Source of the DNA: Calcarisporiella thermophila CBS 279.70
Lineage: Eukaryota > Fungi > Calcarisporiellomycota
Assembly: GCF_041956535.1 (NCBI RefSeq)
Contig: NW_027192200.1
Location: forward strand, 116,536-152,504
DNA length: 35,969 bases
Direction: 5' to 3'
The translations under genes and the position numbers were made by a program. Below, piece after piece: positions 27,792-35,969 of the stretch. Position 1 is the first letter of the stretch. The number at the start of each line of letters is the position of its first letter. The notes beneath the pieces are model-generated. The model was given only the letters and a program-made list of their open reading frames with translations, was not told the DNA's origin and did not search any database.

Positions 27792-28970
27792 AATTGCGAG
27801 CTAATTAAAAAAAATGCGGAGAAGTTCAAGATACAACCAAGGGGGATAATTCTATATAATATGAAGCCGTTAGATTTTTCTGAAAGAGAAATAAAAAGCC
27901 GCGTTGGTTCAAGAATACCCGGGCCCAAAATTTTGCGGTGAATCTAGCTCTGAGAGTATGAAAAAGGGCTGGCGGGGGAAATTCATGGGCCAGCAAGTTA
28001 AAGCATAGGATAACAATATAGCAGCAGATACAGTAAAATAGAATGAACCGTAAAATAAAAATAGTATATACAAAAATATTGATCAATAAAAGAGATTATG
28101 TATGCTCCTAGGGAATTCCATAAACACTTCTCCAGGTTGCAACGACCTGCTGCACCTTTCTGTCACACTACATCTCGTATTAAATGACTACGGCCCTGTT
28201 CGGGGTTGATAACACCACACTCTTATATGGCTGGGGAGCAATACTAAATCGATGCGAGCCTCGTACAATGTATTCTTTGCAGATTCTACTTTATGCCCAG
28301 CATTAAGAGTTTTCGAATTTTTATTCGCTATACTGCGACCTAAAAGTCTAATCTAATGAGATATATATTAATATACTACTGATTTCCTAGTAGTTTTAAC
28401 TTGGCTTCGCATTTGTCGAGATATATTTAATTTTAGAGGCTAGCCTGTTTCTCTAGGTCGACGATCATGGCTATACATCTTGACCAGGATGGTGAATACG
28501 GGCTATTTATAGATACACTAAACTAGCACTTGGTGACAGCAAACAAACATGTTCTAATTCACAATATCAAATCTATAATAAGCAAAGGGCTCATTAACTT
28601 CGCTCGCCTTAACTGATTCATACCACATTATCCATGGAAAATGGAACATTTGTTTGAAGGGATGCAAAACCAAGTTCAATATAAATTCGGCAGAGCCACT
28701 GTCACTTCATGCGAAATACGTGGAAATTATTTTAGAAATATCGAATATCATATGGAGAGTGAAGCCCTTTTAAAAATCCAAAACGAGCAATGACAATTAG
28801 TAAGAAAGAAAAACAAGTAGCAGTAAAAGTAAGGGAAAATAGGCAGTATATAGCTATAAAATGTAGAAAGCACTCTCCACCAAGAAATAGAAAAAGCGAG
28901 AAAGAGTGAAAAGTTGTACAGTGTTATTAAAAATCACAACATTAAAAAAAAATAAAAAAGACAATAGCTC

Positions 28971-30836
28971 TTATCCGCTTCTGCCTTGTCCTCCGCCCCC
29001 CTGTCCCCCTTCACCCCCACCTGCATTAAACCCCCCCGTTCCTCCATTCATGCCAAACTGAGTGGGATAAATGTAAGGCGGTCGTCCGCCCGCCATACCC
29101 ATAGCCGCCGCCATTGCCATATTTATTGCCGTAGGATCCTGCGCGAATTGCATATTGGCAAGGTAGTTTGCTGGCAAACCCGGAAGGTTTGCATACATTG
29201 CAGCAAGGGCGGAAGCAGCATTAGGGTTAGCTGCAAGCCGGTACTGCTGTTGAGCATTAGCTACAGCTTGTGCTGACATAGCAGGCCTTGCCAGAGCAGC
29301 GGAAAATTGAGCTAAAGGCATTGAGGCATTATTTGCAAGAGGCATGGTGGTATTTGCTAGTGTCGCCGCGGTTGTGGTAGGTGAAGCTCGAGATGCCATT
29401 GAGGTGCTATGTGTCGGTGTGGATGTTGACACCCATCCAGGCAAACTGCCCGAGCTTGGGCTTGAAGCTTGCTGATTTTGGAGCTCCTGCCTTGCCGATT
29501 GGTGGGATATCTGGGGTGAAGAACGAGCAGACACTTGTTGCTTCTTTTGATGCTGCGGTTGTTTTGGATGTTGTTCCAGGACTATTTGTCGAATGCGCGA
29601 GGTGAGAGTATTTATTGTAGGAGAGAATTTAGAGTTAAACGAAGGAAAGGACGAGATATCTATTGAGGCTAGGGGACGGTCTTGCGCCTGACCAGAAAGT
29701 CGAACATTAGCAAAGTATTTCAGGGTGTGGAGAGGATATTTTAAATTTACCTGTGGATTTGCTCCATCTGTTTTATAGTAGTCCGCAACCTTGGCTAGAA
29801 AAGTGAGATTTGTTTCTAGCCGCTTCACAAATTGCAAATATAATGCATCCCTTTCTGGATCCCGGCGCAATTCAAGACATAGTTGAATAATTATGGAGTT
29901 CATAGTCAACACCTGTAGACCGCATAAGTCACATCAGCGAGCTCTTAAGGTCAGTAAAAAAAAAAAACCTACCAATTCCAATAATTCTGTTTTAATAGGA
30001 AGTCCAACTTCTACCATATCTTCGTCGTTCCCTTGCTTAGTTTGTAGCCCTTGCTCTAATGATTGAACCTGCTGTGGCGGTTGCATGGCCAATTTCTGCT
30101 GTTGAATCGCAGCTTGTTGTTGACGTATTAATGCCTGCTGCTGTAATACATGTTTAGTAGTGTTGTCCTGCAATTTGTCTCCCACTATATTAGCTTGTAA
30201 CGACGCATATACCCCTACGTTGGCTGGTTGCATCGGTTGTTGCGGTTGCGGTTGCGGTTGTGGTTGTTGCTGCTGTTGCTGTTGCTGTTGTTGAGCTTGA
30301 GCTTGTAATGCAGCATATTGAGCATAGGTAGTTGCAGACGATGCTGCTGATTTTGCGGGTGAACCAGCACCTGCACCTGGGAATCCAATCCCACCAAAGC
30401 GTGCATTCCAATTAGCTAACATTTGTTGAACCTGTGCTTGTTGGCTCTGCTGCTGTTGTTGCTGTTGCTGCTGTTGTTGTTGTGGCTGCTGCTGTTGCTG
30501 CGGTTGTTGCTGTGGTTGCTGCTGTGGTTGCTGCTGTGGTTGCTGCTGCTGTTTCGAATAAGGTGACTGATTGGCAGTTAAATCAGTTGATTTTCGTTGC
30601 TGGGAAATCACCTGGTTATTTTGTGGATTGGATGCAATTCCAGGGAAAAAATTAGCAGACATTAACCAAGGTTGTTGCTGGGACTGTTGTGCGATTTGTG
30701 AAAGAGACTGCTGCTGAAGTTGAAGCATTTGTTGCCGTTGTTGCTGAGCGGGATCATTTTGATTCTGGAGGTAAGATATGGAATCGAAATAGGGGGCAGA
30801 GGTGGAGAATCCACCCAGATTGGGTGGAATGGACAT
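28971..30836 (-). CDS. Glutamine-rich protein with an SS18/SSXT (Snf11/GIF-like) domain, putative SWI/SNF-associated coactivator
   Basis: The spliced core ELLELVLTMNSIIIQLCLELRR..LYLQFVKRLETNLTFLAKVAD resembles the SSXT consensus (L.EN..LI..I....Q..L..NL.YLA.IAD). It is flanked by polyQ and by Ala/Met/Gly-rich low-complexity sequence. Confidence 0.65.
30236..30552 (-). repeat. CAG/CAA polyglutamine and (PQQQ)n / (QP)n coding repeats
   Basis: Two tracts, at ~30236-30293 and ~30447-30552, of tgc/tgt/ggt triplet arrays on the plus strand. Confidence 0.9.
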
Positions 30837-31433
30837 TATTTAAATTTAAGAGGAGAAGGATGATGAAGCGAAAACTAGTAAGAAGCGTATTTGAATATGA
30901 TCGAACGATCGCGATCCAACGAATGTTTATACCGGGTAGAGGATTGTAGATTCTAGCAGACTCTCTCGTAGATCGCGAAATATTTTTCAATTCCAAAGAA
31001 ATGAAAAAAAAAAAAATAAGTTGAGGGTGATTTTCTTTAAATCTAGAAGGCTGATAAATTATAGTATATTTTGGTATCGGAAAATGACCTAGAACACAAC
31101 TTGAATAGAATGCAGAGATAGCCAACACCTATATTTCAAATAAATTAGCCATCATTCATTTCTTGTATTTAGTCACAAGTCATGCAAGCTTACCATTTTT
31201 TTCCATTGTAACTGTTCATAATTTAGATCGAAATGACCGCGTAGAAATTTCATTCAACTCAATATTATAAAGATTTTAAAATTATTATATTTTAATATCG
31301 ATGCATTTGTATCCTGTAATCTGGTATATTTTGAGATATGAACAACATTATATATTTTCTATTCTTTTGGGACACATGCTCGCGAAAGGTCATGCTATAA
31401 AAGCATGAAGAAAGTTTTATGTCCATGTTTTCT

Positions 31434-32715
31434 CTAGAGTATCGGAACTGCTCGTCTCACTACTTCCTTGGTTACTTCTTCCCTTAACCATTCAATGAAT
31501 TCGCTCTTTCTCGGGAAATGAATAGCCTGCTGTCCATCTCGGAACCGTATTGTTTCGATTGGGAGAACAAGTCGCGACGTACTGGCTAGAAAGGCACCTT
31601 CCCATTCTGTAGCGGTTCTCAAATCGGGAAATTCGTATTTAACTTTAATGCTCTCCCTTTCACATACAAGCAGCACCACGCGCATTATCGTCCCAAGCAG
31701 TACATACTCCAGTGGTGCGGTATGTATTTCAAAACAACACGAAGACGAATTACTAGGTAGCACAGCAAAGAAGTTTGAAGCAATGCCTTCATAGACCGCA
31801 TGTAAATGATCGGTCAGCAGCACCTCATTTGTATCGGGTTGTTTGGAAGCATCGAGAGACATGCGCTCCCTTTTATCGAATGTAGATAAGTATATGCCAA
31901 AGAAATAAAAATAGACGAGTCAATAAAGATCATTACCGAACCCACTTAGAATCCTTTGCCTGTGCACTCTCGCGAGGCTCCCCCCAAACTTCCACTTTAC
32001 AACGCTCCACTTGGGGGGTATGCAAATGATCGAAGTGTGCCATTAGCCTTGGCTTCATTTTCTAATACAATATACTGTCAGTGTCACTGCTGATTTTTTA
32101 TCTTTGAAGAAATAACTTAGACACCTCAAAGCAATAACACGCCACTACGCCTAACTTGATATCCCCTTCAGCCGGCACGTCCTCCCTGCTCAAATATCGA
32201 TGCATACCAGCGCGAAGCAATGGTATAAGAATTTCTCGTAGTGTTTGCGGGTTGCGCAAAGGTTCTAGTTCGGAGGCGATGCGTATGGGCTCTTCTGTAT
32301 TATCCGCAAAAGTTGGTGGGATAAATTTCATGATACGCATAGAATTGGCAATTCGCTCAATATGCGCATCAAGCTCCACGATTGCTTTTCGATTAACGGT
32401 CCTTGCTCCAGTATATGCCCCTTGAATATATGAAGATTTTGCGTTTAACACCCATTTAAAAAGAAACAAAACGAGAGAGAAATAATTTACCACGCGGATT
32501 TTCAAGGAAGAATTCATTAGTCGAAGTTATTGTGTCTCGTATATCATAAACGGGTTTATCAGCAGAATCGAAAGGTGTTAATCTCTCGATAGACACTATA
32601 GATAGAAAATGATGTAGGAGAAATGGTTTACATTTTTACATCTCTTCTGTAACATCTAGATTGCCCTACCACTTTTGTGGAGAGATCTTTTATTTATTGT
32701 TGCATTGATGCCCAT
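31434..32715 (-). CDS. Class IV (D-amino-acid/branched-chain aminotransferase-like) PLP-dependent enzyme
   Basis: Spliced motifs: PRGAYTGART, DAHIERIANS, PRESAQAKDSKWVR (candidate PLP Lys), NEVLL..YEGIASNFF, VLLGTIMR and AFLASTSRLVLPI. Confidence 0.85.
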
Positions 32716-33109
32716 TCTACATAAAAATTCGCGTCGAGACCGTATTTGCGAGGAAGTTAAACAGAGCAACATGATAATCTACGAATGGAAAGAGGTTAGA
32801 TGGGATTTCGGAGTAAAAATGTGACATTCAATATATTCGATCATAAACTCAAGCTAAAGCATTTGCGGTATCCCGTAATATGAAAACATATTTATTCAAG
32901 ATAAAAAGGTCTTTTAAATAATTCAGATGCAACATGATCTTTAAGCCATAAAGATCGGAAATATCCTTCTCTAGTATATTTGTAGGTGAGAAATATTCAA
33001 AAGGCTTAGCTCACCTATAACTAGTTAAAGTAGGAAATGAAAAATTATCATTCTAAAAATAGAGGAATAAAATAATCAGTGGGAAACATGTCTAAAGATA
33101 TCCGATTTT

Positions 33110-35012
33110 CTAGTTCTTCCCAAAGAATCGTGTTAGCACAGCCAAATAATGGGTGTTAATAACGGACGGATTATTCTGATAGAGGGACATCAGCACCCCC
33201 ATCGCTATACTAAACAGAGCAACATCCCCATTTTTAACGTTACGAGCCCAGCCTGCCTCAACGACCGATTTCCAAAGAGACTCTAATGCGCGAGGAAGAC
33301 AATAGAGGCCAAGCTCCAGGCGTCTCCCGGGCGCCTCAAGGAGGACACTGGATCCGCCTACCATTCCAGCAAGTAAATAAACAAACTTGTAGTCGCGATG
33401 AGTTAAGTGACGGAAAGCACATGGAGCTGAGAACCCAAGGGTGACATAAGCCGTCAAGAAGATACTGGACCGAAGAGTCGATTTCATGAACCTCTCAAAA
33501 ACATAATCGGGTCTAGAAGAAGCGGTTAGAAAAGATACTATATAACGCTTCTAGTAACCAAATTACCTCTTTGTGATCTGCTTCCAGCGGAAAATAAGAG
33601 TCATCAACAAATTCAGCGGTAAGTAGAGTCGCAAGCTCCTCCGAAATTCATGCTTCATCGACCGGACCATAGAACCAGTGCATGTTGAGCTCAACGGATG
33701 GTGCATTGCACATGGAATAAATTCGTGTGTTGCACCCTTAGGTATGGCAGTGGCAATGTTGGGGCTGAAATTCGCAGCAATGTATTCACGTGGGGTGACT
33801 CCTTCAGGGAATTTGATTGCATCAGGTAAGTGTCCAAATTGATCGACGTAGGTTGATACCGCGTTAATAAGATGCGGACCCATCGCACCAAAGTCCCGAA
33901 ATCCTGAATGGTTCAGCAAGAAACTGTAGTATGACCGCGGGAGCGTCTCGGGTTTGAACACGAACGAATAAATAATCTGAGAGTTTGCGGCAATAAATAC
34001 AAGCGCACCAGACCATTGCTCAAGCTTTTGCGACAAAATTTCGTCCCATTCCTCCCGGATATATTGAATCCAGGTCTTAGGTGGAGCGCCTTCCTTCTGT
34101 TCGCGTTTCTTTTTTCGATAGCTGGCCCATTGTTGCATAAGCCAAGCGCACCCGAATTGCGCACTTCGGGTTACAAGATATAACATGATCGCAAGGCGAC
34201 GTCCTTTGTTTCGTTCAAGCAAAAGTGTAAGCCCAGCTAGTGAGCCAGCAATAAAGGCGTTTAAACCGTCTCCTCCTTTGACATTACGCAAGTGTCGTAT
34301 CGCGCAAAGCGAAGCCTTATAAGTTGTGATAAAAGAAGAGAGGAAGATTGCAAAGGAAACTGTATCCCTATAAGAAAATTCAAATTTAATATAGCTTATA
34401 TTTTAACAAAATAACCTAAGTAAATATTACTTTCCCCCCGCTTTTTTAAGATAATAAGGCCTAAAAATCATAGATAAGAGATATCGTACCCATTGAAAAT
34501 AAAAGGTAGAATAATTATAAATTTACTTTTTAAAGAGTCGACCAGTAAGCAATGCCTATTAACCGAAATGCAGTAAAAAAAATTAGGGCAAAGAATAAAT
34601 TATTACAATTATTGACTTACTGGAGCTATGGAAATTAGATATTTCACAATGTACGCAACTGTAAAAGATTTGAGAAATCCTCGAGTAGCATTTTGGGCAC
34701 AGGTTTTCCCATCGTGGTGACACAGCTTTTCTTTGGACTCGTCTCCATTAAGTGGCTCTAAGGCAAGTCTACGTAAGCTTTGACTGTGTGGTTATAAAGA
34801 TTTATTAACATCATATTTGTTAGGGTCAGTGTAGTCTTTAATCATAGCCGTATTGTGGTGACATTAAATTACCTGCTCAACTGTCGTATTCGCTCGCCAA
34901 ACTTAGTGAACCCCGCAAGAACAACCTCTTTTTCCTTGTCAGTAAGTGCCTTACTAATGAGCTGCGCTAGAACTTCGAGAAAGTTCTCCCAGGCAATTGA
35001 TATGGCCGACAT
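33110..35012 (-). CDS. TMEM135-like (Tim17/PMP24-related) membrane protein
   Basis: Multi-exon. Motifs: DTVSFAIFLSSFITTYKASLCAIRHLR, NAFIAGSLAG, PETLPRSYYSFL, IPCAMHHP..C, LYLPLNL, RSSIFLTAYV and LEAPGRRLELGLYCLPRALES. Confidence 0.88.
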
Positions 35013-35969
35013 TGCTGCTCTAGATAGCCACTAAATCCTCCCTGCTTGAATTATGTGATGTCAAATTTGCGGGGTCGTTTGGAGCAATTTAAGAGTGAAA
35101 AATTTGTTGGGTATCTCCCAAGCATCCAAAATAATTGGGCAAGGCATGTGAAAGCAGTATGAGTGGCGCAGCATATCTGAATTACTGAGTGCTTTGAGAG
35201 AGAGTATTTAGATTAAGTTCAATTAGGGTAGAGGCTAATCTAGCATTAGGTCGAGATAGAGATGGTCACTCAAATGTAGAATGTGCTTCCTTAGTTGATT
35301 AGTATCCAGGAGACCAATGTCCCTATCTCTCAATATAGATTTGGATTTATCGCCGAGACGCACAAGAGAGAAATGCAATTTCAGTTATATTAGGATCAAG
35401 TGGCGTTCTAGAGCTATTCTGATAACCCTTTGAGAGGGAAATGGCACTGCGTTACACTAATTGTTTCCGCGGGATTGACCAAAAGACCACTCCTGACAGT
35501 TGAAAGCAAGAGTTTGTTTACGTATCTGAGGTCAACTGTGTTGTTTGATTTATATTAAATATGAAACCATACAATTAATGCACTACATTAATATATTGGG
35601 GCACGTACGGGAGAGAAGAATTATTTAGGAAAAGTCTTATGGTACTTGGTATCTGATATAATCTAAATAGAATTATTTCTATAGCACAAAGTCTTAATTT
35701 AATTGGAATATTGCTTAGCTTTACTAGTAAACTATAGATGTAGAAATATATATCAAAATTAATTCAACTATTTATCCTTCCAAATTTCAAAAAAAAAAAT
35801 AAGTGTTGAATTAATTAGAATATAGTTCAATCTTTGGACTGCTCAAAGTGGAAATATTGTGTTAATTCAACACTGCATTATTAAGTGAAATCAAAACCCG
35901 AACCCATAATGGTAACCTAACCTAATGTGAAATTGCTTCGTATAAAAGATGCCCGTAAGTTGGCAAGAA

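Noticed and set aside
35050-35185. Possible C/D snoRNA (GTGATGT...CTGA)
   Set aside because: The C box is imperfect, the terminal stem is weak, no rRNA guide is recognisable, and it lies in the TMEM135 upstream region.
35893-35926. Telomere-like AACCCG/AACCTAACCTAA stretch
   Set aside because: It is too short and degenerate to support an interstitial telomere or a telomerase template.

Overview
Gene-dense, intron-rich eukaryotic DNA, very probably from an early-diverging fungus (Mucoromycota-like). This is inferred from short GT-AG introns, a fungal-type PFK with an N-terminal glyoxalase-like domain, Ugo1, Sla1, and the TRP-like and Frizzled-like families. I reconstructed 14 protein-coding genes by eye: the 3' end of an ABCC transporter, a minimal LITAF protein, DNA polymerase eta, phosphofructokinase, a ~1310-aa beta-rich/TRP-like channel, Ugo1, an Aim18/Aim46 CHI-fold protein, an aldo-keto-reductase-fold protein, a Frizzled/Smoothened-like 7TM receptor, Csn12/PCID2, Sla1, an SS18/Snf11-like Q-rich protein, a class IV PLP aminotransferase-like protein and TMEM135. 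I found no tRNA, rRNA, transposon or CRISPR. Best leads: (1) the AKR appears to lack its catalytic Tyr and His and sits head-to-head, 132 bp away, with the chalcone-isomerase-fold gene; (2) an almost intronless TRP-like channel; (3) a CRD-less Frizzled/Smoothened-like GPCR; (4) a Sla1 that seems to have lost its N-terminal SH3 pair and triplicated a downstream SH3. All exon boundaries are manual predictions.
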